From NCBI GenBank assembly GCA_042217555.1, contig JBDGSL010000042.1, forward strand, positions 1 to 28,654: DNA of 28,654 bases, read 5' to 3'. Origin of the DNA: Candidatus Nanohalobium sp. (lineage in GTDB: Archaea; Nanohalarchaeota; Nanosalinia; Nanosalinales; Nanosalinaceae). Under the pieces are notes generated by a model. That model had not been told where the DNA came from. It saw only the letters and a program-made list of their open reading frames with translations, and made no database searches. The position numbers and the translations under genes were made by a program. Position 1 is the first letter of the stretch. Every line of letters starts with the position of its first letter. Shown piece after piece: positions 8,073 through 16,997 of the stretch.

Positions 8073-8270
8073 ATGCAGTTTCCGGTCAGATGCATGTCAT
8101 GCGGTAAAGTGATAAGTGATAAATGGGAGGAGTTCCAGGAGCGTACAGAGGACGGTGAAGACAAGGGAGACGTCCTTGACGATCTTGGAGTTGAGAAGTA
8201 CTGCTGTCGTACAATCTTCCTGACACACGTCGACACGATGGAAGAGGCAGCAGAACACAAACTAACATAG
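8073..8270 (+). CDS. rpoN: DNA-directed RNA polymerase subunit N (Rpo10)
   Basis: PVRC..CGK...VLDDLG..KYCCR; SD GGAGGTGA upstream. Confidence 0.97.
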   Translation: MQFPVRCMSCGKVISDKWEEFQERTEDGEDKGDVLDDLGVEKYCCRTIFLTHVDTMEEAAEHKLT

Positions 8271-8301
8271 CATATCCCTTCTCTTCTCTATATTGTCCTG
8301 C

Positions 8302-8424
8302 TTAAACTTCTACATCTTCTTCAGCTGCCGTTTTTACTATATCCCCTAGCTTCTGCTCCCTTTCTTCAAACTCTTCAGGGGTGAGGCATATGATTTCAGG
8401 GCTTGGCAGATCCTGATAGTTCTG
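8302..8424 (-). pseudogene. C-terminal remnant of a minimal nucleotidyltransferase (MNT) gene
   Basis: Hand translation QNYQDLPSPEIICLTPEEFEEREQKLGDIVKTAAEEDVEV* resembles MNT C-termini (compare INIITQTAEEF in 24784..25401). No N-terminal GS/DxD half; abuts the NUDIX stop codon. Confidence 0.6.
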
Positions 8425-8425
8425 G

Positions 8426-8803
8426 CTAAATCCTTCTCAACGCTGGCAAGATCATCTCCAGGTTGTGCGCCAGTTCCAGATCGTCAAGTTCAGATCCTTT
8501 AAACCATTCCAGTTTCTCAAACTTTTCTTCCTGTATCTCTGGGCTACCTTCTTTTATCTCTGCGATGTAGCCGTTCCAGAGAAATATTTTCCCGTTGTGT
8601 TGGAACTCTCCTGTGTAGAAAGGTTTTTCCAGTTCTACTTTTACTCCTATCTCCTCTTCTGCTTCTCTTACGGCGGCTTCTGTCGGTGACTCTCCTTCTT
8701 CTACTTTTCCTCCGGGTACTTCCCAGTGCTGCTCGTCTTCCCGGTATAGGAGGAGGACTTTGTTTTCTCTTATTATCAGGTTGCCTGCGAGTTCTGTTGT
8801 CAT
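8426..8803 (-). CDS. NUDIX hydrolase
   Basis: Nudix box GGKVEEGESPTEAAVREAEEEIG. Confidence 0.92.
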   Translation of the reverse strand: MTTELAGNLIIRENKVLLLYREDEQHWEVPGGKVEEGESPTEAAVREAEEEIGVKVELEKPFYTGEFQHNGKIFLWNGYIAEIKEGSPEIQEEKFEKLEWFKGSELDDLELAHNLEMILPALRRI

Positions 8804-8815
8804 TTTTATCCTCTG

Positions 8816-9640
8816 TTAGATGAATGTGAATAGTAGTACCATCATTAAAACGCCTGCGGCGTTGCCTGTCAGGAATTCGAACCATCCGCTGGTTTCCAGG
8901 CTTTCAGCTTCTTCAAAGGCTTCCTCGATGAACTCTGTCATTACCAGGTAGATCATTGCTCCTGCCGCGAAACCATACCCGATTGGAAGGAACATCCGGG
9001 CTTCTCGGACGAAGAAGAATGCGATGACCGCTCCTATAGGCTGAGGAACGCTTGAGAAGATTGCCGCGCCCATTGTTCGCCAGTTTGAGACGCCGGAAGC
9101 TTTGAAAGGTATTGCGATCGCTATTCCTTCCGGAATGTTGTGGATGGAGATTGCTACGGTCATTGTGATAGCGATCGCTGGAACAGCAAATCCGAGGATA
9201 GGGATCCCTCCTGTGAGACCCATTTCGGCGAATGATACGCCGATGGCGACGCCTTCCGGGAAACTGTGGATTGTTAAGACGCCGAGAATCAAAGCCATTT
9301 TCTTGAAGTCGCTTTCCTCGAACGTTCCTGGGTCAAGCTCTACTTCGTCTACTATCCGTCTCCCAAAGATAACGAGAAGCCCTCCGATGACGAGTCCGAT
9401 ACCTACCGCGAGGTACTGGGAGTTAAACAACGGGTATTTCTGAGCGGCGTTCAGTCCTTCAGGTATCAATCCGAGGAAGGATGCTGAAAGCATTATTCCT
9501 GAGGCCAGGCCCCACATGGAGACAAGCCATCGTTTGGAGAACTCCTCAACGAAGAAGAAAGGTACTGTTCCCAGGCCTGTAGCAAGGTCTGTGATGAATG
9601 CTGCGACGAACACAATCAGAAGATTTTCAAGGAATGCCAT
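8816..9640 (-). CDS. ZIP family (GufA/ZupT-like) metal transporter
   Basis: HSFPEG and HNIPEG motifs, AAGAMIYLV..E, multiple TM helices; likely start MAFLEN at 9640. Confidence 0.92.
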   Translation of the reverse strand: MAFLENLLIVFVAAFITDLATGLGTVPFFFVEEFSKRWLVSMWGLASGIMLSASFLGLIPEGLNAAQKYPLFNSQYLAVGIGLVIGGLLVIFGRRIVDEVELDPGTFEESDFKKMALILGVLTIHSFPEGVAIGVSFAEMGLTGGIPILGFAVPAIAITMTVAISIHNIPEGIAIAIPFKASGVSNWRTMGAAIFSSVPQPIGAVIAFFFVREARMFLPIGYGFAAGAMIYLVMTEFIEEAFEEAESLETSGWFEFLTGNAAGVLMMVLLFTFI

Positions 9641-9713
9641 ATGTAGATAGTGGAGGAGGAAATCACTTATTACTTTTTCTTGTCCGGAAGGGCAGAAAAG
9701 TGAAGGAAGGGTG

Positions 9714-10118
9714 TCAACCCAGTCTTCCCCCCAGTTTTTCGGCCACGTCTTCGCCGTTTTCAAGGTCTGAACGGTTATAGGTTATGTCCAGTTCGTTTCC
9801 ACTGTATACCGGTGTGACGTGGAAGTGCAGGTGGAAGACTTCCTGACCGGCCTTTTCTCCGTTGTTCTGCGCAATATTCACTCCTTCTGCGTTGAACGTG
9901 TCCTTGACTGCGTTCGCTACCTTGACGATCGGCTTCCACATGTAGTCCATGTCTGATGCGCCGTGAATATCCTCGACGTGTTCCTTCGGCACGACAAGTG
10001 TATGGCCTTTTGAAACCGGTTTTGCGTCCAGAAAAGCCACCACGTCTTCATCCTCGTAGACCTTGTGAGACGGTAGTTCTCCCTCGATTATCCTGCAGAA
10101 TACACAGTCCTCTTCCAT
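9714..10118 (-). CDS. HIT family hydrolase
   Basis: CVFC, GHTLVVPK.H, AGQEVFHLHFH. Confidence 0.93.
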   Translation of the reverse strand: MEEDCVFCRIIEGELPSHKVYEDEDVVAFLDAKPVSKGHTLVVPKEHVEDIHGASDMDYMWKPIVKVANAVKDTFNAEGVNIAQNNGEKAGQEVFHLHFHVTPVYSGNELDITYNRSDLENGEDVAEKLGGRLG

Positions 10119-10202
10119 AAAACTTTTTTCTAACCCTTGACTTTTCAATTTCCCTGTTCACAGGAGTCAATCTTTTATTCTACCGTTGTCCAGTTTTGAA
10201 AT

Positions 10203-12522
10203 GTGAACTTGGAAAGCCTGCTTAACAGGTTTCGCTCCCGTGACAGGGACTTCGAGGAACGTCTTGACGACTTCAAGGACAGGGAGGACAGAGAGATAAG
10301 AAGACATGTCAGTTCAGCTATCGACGAATCCCTTGATGAACTGAGACAGAGTGGCGTAAAGCCTTCGAAGCCTACAGGGAACGCGACCAGGAAAGATTCA
10401 TAGAAGCACTGAAAGAGGTTAGAACCGAGATAGCAGACGACGTAGCTGAAGACCTTTCCACAGTTATACAGGAAGAACATACAGAGCTAGGTGAAAGCCT
10501 CGATCAGAGAATAGAGAAAGGAAGAGAAAGGAATGAGGAAATGCTGCAGGAACTGGAGAAACAGCTTGAGAAGAGAGCAGAGAAACTCTCCGAAAAGATA
10601 GAAGAATCAAGGAACGAACTAACAGGTTTAAAGGAAGATGTAACAGAACAGGCCTCGGACTTCCAACAGTTCCAGAAAGAGATGAAAACAGGTCTCTCAC
10701 AGGTCGAAGACACGCTGGACGAACACGAGGAACGCTTCGAGAAAACAGTTGAGGAAAGAGAGGACATCCGGGAAGAACTTGACAACCAGGCCGAAAAAAA
10801 CAGGGAACAGGATGAAAAACTCTCCAACCACAGCAGAGAACTTGAACAGCACTCCAGAGACCTTGAAAAAGTAAGAAATGAGGTGTCGGAAAACAGTGAG
10901 AGGATTGAAAAGGTAGAGAACAGGGTTAAAAGCGAGTTAGGTCAGTTAAGGACGGAACTGGAAGATACTGAAGAAGGCCTGGAACGTGGAGAAGCCGAGA
11001 GAAAAAGCCTGAAGAACAAGCTTTCAGACCAGGAGGAACTGATCGAAGAGATAAAGAAAGAAGTAAGTGAAAAATCAGGTAAAATCGATGAAAACAGTGG
11101 AAAACTACAGGAAGTAGATAGAGAAGTAGAAAACATACGTCAAAAGATAGAAAAGAACCGTGGCCGTCTTAAAGTCCAGAAAAACAACTGGAAGGAACTG
11201 GAAGAAAAGGTAGAGGACCATTCAGAAACCATAGACCGGTTTGAAGACCAGGAAGCAGATATAGAGGAAAACACGGAGAAAATCGAAGAACAGGGAGAAA
11301 AACTGGAGCAGAACTTGAAGAAATACAGGGACAGAAGGAAAAACTCGAGGATGTAGAGGAAAAGGTAGATGAACGGTCAGAAGCCATCAAAGATGTAAGG
11401 GAAGAAGCAGCATCCAACAGTAAAGAACTACAGAGGATAAAAACTGAAGAAGTCGATAGGATAGACAGTCTAGATGAAACAGTTGAAGATCTGAGCAGTG
11501 AGGTAGGTGATAACTCCGGAAAAGTTGAGGATGTATCTGATGAACTGGCAGAGAGCAGGGAGAAACTGGACGAACTGGAAGACAAACTTGGAGAGGTGGA
11601 TGACAAGGCCTCAGAGAGGAACTGCATTCATCGGTCAATGATCTCAGGGAGGAGGCAGAGAACCGGGTGGACTCCAGGGCTTCTGTACTTCAGGAAGAGG
11701 TCGACGAGAACAGGGAAGAGATTGAAGAGATAAAGGAGGAAGCCGTTTCTTCTCCATCAGTTGAGGAGTTCAATGAGATGAAGGACGGTATCCAGGACCT
11801 GAAAGACCGGCTGGATGAGATGAGCAGCGAGTTCACGGAGCTGAGGGAGGAAGTTAATGAGAAACTGGATGACAGGGATGAGAACCTGGAGAAGATGGAG
11901 GAAGACATAAGAGGAGATATAGAGGATCAGGAAGAAAGACTTGATGAAGTAACAGAGCAACTCCGAGAGAGGATGGAACAGGCAGAAAAACAGTTACAGG
12001 AAAGAGACCTGGACAGGCTGGAACAGCAGGCATCAAAACTTGAAGGAATCGACCCTGAAGAAGTACAAGAGGGTCTTGACAGTCTCGAAGAAAGACTGGA
12101 GAATATAGACCAGAGTCGGCGGAAAAGCCGATGCTTCAGAAGTAGGAGAACTTGTAGACGAACTGGAAGAGATCTGGGACGAACTGGATGGAAAGGCAGA
12201 CGCAGGCAGCGACCTGAAAAACAAAGAGCTTAAAGATGAAGTCTCACGGCTAAGAAACCGGGTAAAGCAGCTCAGAGAGAAAGAGGCCGAACCACTGTCA
12301 CCTTCACAGGTGTCCAGAGACATGATAGGTGAACAGGTCAGAGTCCACGGCCAGCTAAGACTCGGCAAGAACACATCAGACAACTACCTCTACGCACTCA
12401 GCGGTGGAGAAGACAGCCTGATAGTAAGGTCAAAGCAGAAGATGGACGAAAAAGAAAGAACAGTAACCGGGAAACTCAAAGCCGCCGACGACATGATCTT
12501 CCTCGACTCAGACCACCCTTAA
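10203..12522 (+). pseudogene. Long acidic coiled-coil protein with OB-fold-like C-terminal domain, split into five consecutive frames (pseudogene, sequencing error or recoded gene)
   Basis: E/K/L-rich heptad sequence continues across frame switches near 10349, 11311, 11614 and 12113 with no in-frame stops along the stitched path. C-terminus IGEQVRVHGQL...SLIVRS...TVTGKL. Confidence 0.75.
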
Positions 12523-12565
12523 AAATGTTAACCGCATCACTTCTACTTACAGGGCAACAGCACAA

Positions 12566-12703
12566 GCGGCTGTAGTGTAGTCTGGCTAATCATTTCGGCC
12601 TTTCGCAACCTGTCACACCTGGCCAAGCAGACCCTTTACAACCTGCAGCAGATGTGACAATTAAAGATAGCCGAAGACCCGGGTTCAAATCCCGGCAGCC
12701 GCA
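12566..12703 (+). tRNA. tRNA-Glu(TTC) with 63-nt intron (12606..12668) at position 37/38
   Basis: Acceptor GCGGCTG/CAGCCGC, anticodon stem TCGGC/GCCGA, T-arm CCGGG-TTCAAAT-CCCGG. BHB with central helix CTTT/AAAG and two 3-nt bulges. Confidence 0.95.
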
Positions 12704-12854
12704 TAAGGTTACGCTCTTATATCGCAATAAACCATGTTTCACATGGCTTTCAGGATTTTTGGCAGAAACATCTTTGATTTTCAAACCGAGGAACTTCGGT
12801 TCCGAGGAGAAGAAAATCCTCTGATTTTCGGACGCCGCATAAGGTTACGCTCTT
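12698..12854 (+). repeat. 21-bp direct repeat GCCGCATAAGGTTACGCTCTT (12698..12718 and 12834..12854) flanking a 115-bp hairpin-rich segment
   Basis: Exact match; the first copy overlaps the tRNA-Glu 3' end. Confidence 0.9.
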
Positions 12855-12928
12855 CTCGAAACTCTGTCGGTATGTTTCTGTGAACGCACAAGAAATGCTT
12901 TAGTGGTTTCCAAGTTTTTCTGATTGGT

Positions 12929-13237
12929 TCAGTGGTTCTGTCTGTAGGCCTGCCAGCGGTATCTCAGTCTTCTGAAGCATTCCTCGTATCTGTCTCCTAC
13001 TCTGAAGAACAGTTTTCTCCACTCTCCGTCTATCCGAAGTTCTATGCACGGGTATATGGAGTTTTTCTCAAGTTCAATATCCTCTATGTCTTCGAATCGA
13101 GCTTTTTCTACCAGTTTCTGTTCACTGAATTTTTCTCTGATTCTTTCCCAGTCTTTTGAGTTGCTGCGCTGTCTTTCAATTGACTCTCTGGTTACTGCTA
13201 CGTCACCGAGCTCTGATGCAAAGCAGTCTGTTTCCAC
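12929..13237 (-). CDS. Hypothetical protein (possibly PH-like fold)
   Basis: 102-aa charged ORF with a GTG start; beta-rich pattern and C-terminal helix; no firm motif. Confidence 0.55.
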   Translation of the reverse strand: METDCFASELGDVAVTRESIERQRSNSKDWERIREKFSEQKLVEKARFEDIEDIELEKNSIYPCIELRIDGEWRKLFFRVGDRYEECFRRLRYRWQAYRQNH

Positions 13238-13293
13238 ATTAACACTCTGGTGGAGGCACAGGTTTTAACTTTCTCCTCTACAAAACTGTCTTT

Positions 13294-13800
13294 ATGAAGG
13301 AAGATTTCGACTGGTTGAATCTGGATGGCTCTGAGAACATTGTCTGGAGCGGAGAGCCGAGAATCAAAAGCATAATACCTGCCGTTATCGTGGGGGTGCC
13401 GATGATAGCAGCTTTCGGCCTTGGAGTCCTGATCATCGTCGGAGCATACCTCAGCGTGAAGAACACTGACTACGTGGTCACGGAGGAAAGCCTCTACGTC
13501 AAGAAAGGAGTGCTGTCTCGAAGCGTACAGAAGATCGACTTTGACAAGGTTCAGAACATCAGCTTCTCTCAGGGAGTGCTGGGAAACCACTTCGGCTACG
13601 GAAACATTGAGATCTCGACAGCAGGAGGCTCAGGCGTCGAGATGCGGTTCAGAAGCATCGAGAACCCGCGTGAAGTCCAGGACAGGATAAACGGGTTGAT
13701 GAAAAAGGAACAGTCTGAAACTATGGAGGGAGAGGAAAGCCAGAAGGAGATACTGAAGGATATCCGTTCCGAACTCCAGAAACTTAATGAGAACATCTGA
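13294..13800 (+). CDS. Bacterial PH domain (bPH_2/DUF304-like) membrane-flanked protein
   Basis: L...E.IVW.G.P, two short TM segments, YVVT...KKGVLSR...I.FDKVQ...QG.L...FGYG.I.I.TAG. Confidence 0.85.
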   Translation: MKEDFDWLNLDGSENIVWSGEPRIKSIIPAVIVGVPMIAAFGLGVLIIVGAYLSVKNTDYVVTEESLYVKKGVLSRSVQKIDFDKVQNISFSQGVLGNHFGYGNIEISTAGGSGVEMRFRSIENPREVQDRINGLMKKEQSETMEGEESQKEILKDIRSELQKLNENI

Positions 13801-13820
13801 AAAAGTACTCTCCTTCTTTC

Positions 13821-14525
13821 CTATCTTTCTCCCACGTAGCTGCCTTCTTCCCTCCTGAAATCAGGTTCGTCCATTTCCTCTCTGACGTGTGCGACGATTC
13901 CAGGAGTGCGTGCGATTATAAAGAAACCTTTACCAAGCTCCGGCTCCCAGCCAAGGTCGCTCATGACCGCTGCGATCCCTCCGTCCACGTTCATAACCAG
14001 ATCAACTTTTTTCTCGGCGAAAACCTTCTTGATATCCCTCATCTTCTCAACATGCTGTCCTGCCAGTCCAAGCCTCTCCGCTTTTTCCAGCATCTTCTCT
14101 GCTCTAGGATCAACGTCGTCATAGACCTTGTGGCCTAGTCCAGGGATTTTATCTCCTTCCTCCAGATACTCTTCAACAATCTCTTCAGCTGTTTTCTCGC
14201 TCTGCAGGATCTTCATACATTCCTCTATCGCTCCTCCGTGCTTATCGCCCAGGGCAAGGATTCCTCCGGCTACACTTGTGTTCATGTCGTTTCCTCCGCT
14301 CTGAACTGTTCTGGCGGAGACTGTGGACGGGTTGCCGACTCCATGATCTATGGAGGACGACAAGATGGTATTGAATATCTCTGATTCATCCTCAGAAGGT
14401 TTTTCCCCTTTCAGAAGCAGCCAGATGGCGTCTGCGAACTCCATGTCCATGACTTCCTCCAGTTTCTCTCCCCTGATCACGGCGTCTTCGCCGCTGGAAG
14501 CTATCTCAGTCTCCCAGTCAGTCAT
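13821..14525 (-). CDS. Citryl-CoA lyase (stand-alone, citrate-synthase-like fold)
   Basis: 234 aa beginning W.TEI; DHG, HGGA, PGLGH, DPR, NVDG and AR.PG..AH..EE motifs. Confidence 0.88.
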   Translation of the reverse strand: MTDWETEIASSGEDAVIRGEKLEEVMDMEFADAIWLLLKGEKPSEDESEIFNTILSSSIDHGVGNPSTVSARTVQSGGNDMNTSVAGGILALGDKHGGAIEECMKILQSEKTAEEIVEEYLEEGDKIPGLGHKVYDDVDPRAEKMLEKAERLGLAGQHVEKMRDIKKVFAEKKVDLVMNVDGGIAAVMSDLGWEPELGKGFFIIARTPGIVAHVREEMDEPDFRREEGSYVGER

Positions 14526-14925
14526 TGTGCCGCTCCGGGTTGTTGTAAAGGTTTTCCCACGTTTTCTTCTCGATGTGGAAGTCTTTCACATCGTCCATAT
14601 GTCTTTCAAGTACTGCACGTATCTCATCCTGCCACACAGACTCTACGTAGTGTCGGGAATAATCTTCCATAGTTTCCAGGCCGTACTCTATCCTTAGAAC
14701 GTCTTCCTGGTGTTTTATTCTCAGTTCTTTTCCATCTCTGAGACCTCTGAAAAATGTGCTTCCGTCGTGGTAAAGTTCGTCCCTCTCTTCCCATCCTTCA
14801 TGGGTTAGCCAGTGGCCTACCAGATCTCCTGCCAGTCTGTCAGCGTCAACTTCTGCATCAACTATATCCGTGTACTTGAATGCTTTTTCGCCTTCCCTGC
14901 CGTACCCGCTTGCTGTAACCGTCAT
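14518..14925 (-). CDS. Hypothetical protein embedded in the citrate-lyase operon
   Basis: 135-aa acidic ORF overlapping both neighbours (TAATG at 14925; 8-nt overlap with the lyase gene). Confidence 0.7.
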   Translation of the reverse strand: MTVTASGYGREGEKAFKYTDIVDAEVDADRLAGDLVGHWLTHEGWEERDELYHDGSTFFRGLRDGKELRIKHQEDVLRIEYGLETMEDYSRHYVESVWQDEIRAVLERHMDDVKDFHIEKKTWENLYNNPERHND

Positions 14926-15818
14926 TACAGTACCTCCTCCAGTTTCTCCCCGATTTCGTGGTGCACATCTACAACATGGACACCTGACTCTCTTAGAACT
15001 TTCTCCTTGTAGCTAGGTTTGTCGCGGTCTCCACGGATGACTGCTCCTGCGTGGCCGTACTGCTGGCTTGGCATATCCTCCGTGAACTTTCCTGTGATAA
15101 ACGCTACTACAGGCATGTCGAAATCCGGGTTCTCATCAAGGAACTCGGCCACCTGGTTCTCGTACGTCCCTCCCAGCTCGCCGAACATGACGACTGCCCC
15201 GGTCTGATCGTCTTCCTCAAACATCTTCAGCGCGTCTACAAAGCTTGTACCAGCGATCTTGTCTCCTCCGATATCCATGGCTGTTGAGATACCGAAGCCT
15301 GCGTTCTGAACGACCTGTGCGGTTTCAGTGGTCATTCCTCCGGATTTTGAGATTATCCCAACTTTTCCTTCCTCATAGGCGTCCTCTGCACGGTTTCCTC
15401 CGATAGGACCTATCTTGGCCTTTCCTGGTGAGATGACTCCGACGCTGGTCGGGCCGACAAGAGTCGCATCATTTCTCTCCAGTTCCTTCCTTACCTCCCA
15501 CATGTCCCTGGTTGGAATTCTCTCCGTGGTGACGTTGATCTTCTCTATGCCGGAGTCGAGAGTTTCCAGGATCGCGTCTTTCGCCGCAAAGTGCGGTACG
15601 TAGATGAGCGAGGTGTTGATCTCCGGGTGCTGCTCCACGGCCTCTCGGACGGTGTCGTAGACAGGTATACCGGCAACTTCCTGCCCTCCCTTGCCGGGGG
15701 TCACACCTGCAACGACGTCGGTGCCGTACTCTATCATGTGCGGTGTCTTTTCGCTTGCCGCCCTGCCGGTGATTCCCTGGATCAGTAGTTTCGTATCCTC
15801 ATCTGCAAAAACACTCAT
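14925..15818 (-). CDS. SucD-like CoA-binding subunit (citryl-CoA synthetase small subunit / ACL CoA-binding module)
   Basis: QGITG, GVTPGKGG, GP.S.G, SKSGG, GGD, GELGG and phospho-His motif GHAGA. Confidence 0.88.
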   Translation of the reverse strand: MSVFADEDTKLLIQGITGRAASEKTPHMIEYGTDVVAGVTPGKGGQEVAGIPVYDTVREAVEQHPEINTSLIYVPHFAAKDAILETLDSGIEKINVTTERIPTRDMWEVRKELERNDATLVGPTSVGVISPGKAKIGPIGGNRAEDAYEEGKVGIISKSGGMTTETAQVVQNAGFGISTAMDIGGDKIAGTSFVDALKMFEEDDQTGAVVMFGELGGTYENQVAEFLDENPDFDMPVVAFITGKFTEDMPSQQYGHAGAVIRGDRDKPSYKEKVLRESGVHVVDVHHEIGEKLEEVL

Positions 15819-16963
15819 TCCCGTTCACCTCCTTGACGTTCTCTAACCATCTCCATCAAGTCTTCTGCACTTTCCGTCATTGGTTTATCGTTCCTGAAGA
15901 GCTTCATATCCAGGCTAAGCTCCTCTTTTACTTCTCGGAGTTTTTCGAATGCTTCATCGGCGTGCGGACCGTCTCTCCTGACTACTATGGGATACTCTGG
16001 TTCTTCCTCTCTCAGTGCCTGGATGAATCCGTCCATGGTCCTCTCGACATCCGTGTTGTTGGCGGTTCCGCCGACGTGCCACAGGCCTTTCAGCCCTGGC
16101 TTTGACATTATCGCCTTGGAAAGCCTGTAGACCTTTTCTGTCGGCGGATTTCCTCCGTACTCGGTGTAGTTTGCTGGTTCTCCTCCGTACTCTATCAGGG
16201 CGTCCATGTTTGTAAGTGATGCGCCGCCTCCGGCCAGCATCATTCCGATGTCGCCGTTAAGCTCTGTATATTTTCCTGCTACGCCTCTGTGGTCGTCTTC
16301 GTCTATTTTCTCGGCTTCTATCTCTCTTTCGGTCTTCTCCCGTTTCATGACTGTCCGGTCCGGGAAGTTCCGGTCGTGCCTGTAGCCCGCGTCGTCCTCA
16401 AGATCCATCATGGCGTCTAGAACCACGTAACCATCCTCCGTTTTTGCCAGCGGGTTGATCTCCAGCAGTCGGGCGTCTTCCTCCAGGAAGGCCTGGAAAA
16501 TCTTCTGCAGTTCGGCGCTGAGTTTCACGATTTCCTTGCCCTCAAAGCCCTGTTCCTTGAGGAATTGCCTGAAGCGGAACTGTGAGTCATCTGGTAGGGA
16601 AAGTTTTTCAGCTTCTCTATCTTCTACTCCTGTTCCGCCGCTTCTGGAGAAGATCACCGCCGGTTTCCGCGTGTCGGTGTCGTACATGAATGAGACGTAG
16701 TACTCTTCATCAAAATCTATCTTTTCCTCGATTACTGCTTTCTCTGCTTCCTGTCCATCGAACTCTGCTCCGATCATCTCCTGCTTCAGTGCCTCTGCCT
16801 CTTCAAGGTTGTCTGCAAACTTCACCGCGCCCTTCTCTTTTCTGTTGTTCGTGAGGATCTGTGCTTTGACGACGTAGTTCTTTCCGATCTGTAGTTCCTG
16901 GGAGGGTGTTTCCAGGCCGTGTTCACTCAGTATTTCTTTTGCTTCGTGTTCCCGCAGCTTCAT
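15815..16963 (-). CDS. ATP-grasp plus citrate-binding subunit of ATP citrate lyase / citryl-CoA synthetase
   Basis: MKL.EHEAK, VVKAQ, EINPL. C-domain AGGGAS...ANYTEYGGNP, GGTANNT and VRRDGP match the ACL citrate-binding domain rather than SucC (NGAGL, NFLD, VRL.G). Confidence 0.85.
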   Translation of the reverse strand: MKLREHEAKEILSEHGLETPSQELQIGKNYVVKAQILTNNRKEKGAVKFADNLEEAEALKQEMIGAEFDGQEAEKAVIEEKIDFDEEYYVSFMYDTDTRKPAVIFSRSGGTGVEDREAEKLSLPDDSQFRFRQFLKEQGFEGKEIVKLSAELQKIFQAFLEEDARLLEINPLAKTEDGYVVLDAMMDLEDDAGYRHDRNFPDRTVMKREKTEREIEAEKIDEDDHRGVAGKYTELNGDIGMMLAGGGASLTNMDALIEYGGEPANYTEYGGNPPTEKVYRLSKAIMSKPGLKGLWHVGGTANNTDVERTMDGFIQALREEEPEYPIVVRRDGPHADEAFEKLREVKEELSLDMKLFRNDKPMTESAEDLMEMVRERQGGERE

Positions 16964-16997
16964 GCTATTTATTTAGGGCTTTTATCCTTTTCAGTGT

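Noticed and set aside
10175..12383. Many Ser/Phe-rich minus-strand ORFs
   Set aside because: Antisense shadows of GAA/GAG-rich coiled-coil codons.
10203..12522. SMC/Rad50 annotation
   Set aside because: No Walker A/B, signature motif, hinge or zinc hook.
14925..16963. Plain succinyl-CoA synthetase sucCD
   Set aside because: The large subunit has ACL-type AGGGAS/ANY.EY.G.P/RR.GP motifs and is linked to a citryl-CoA lyase.
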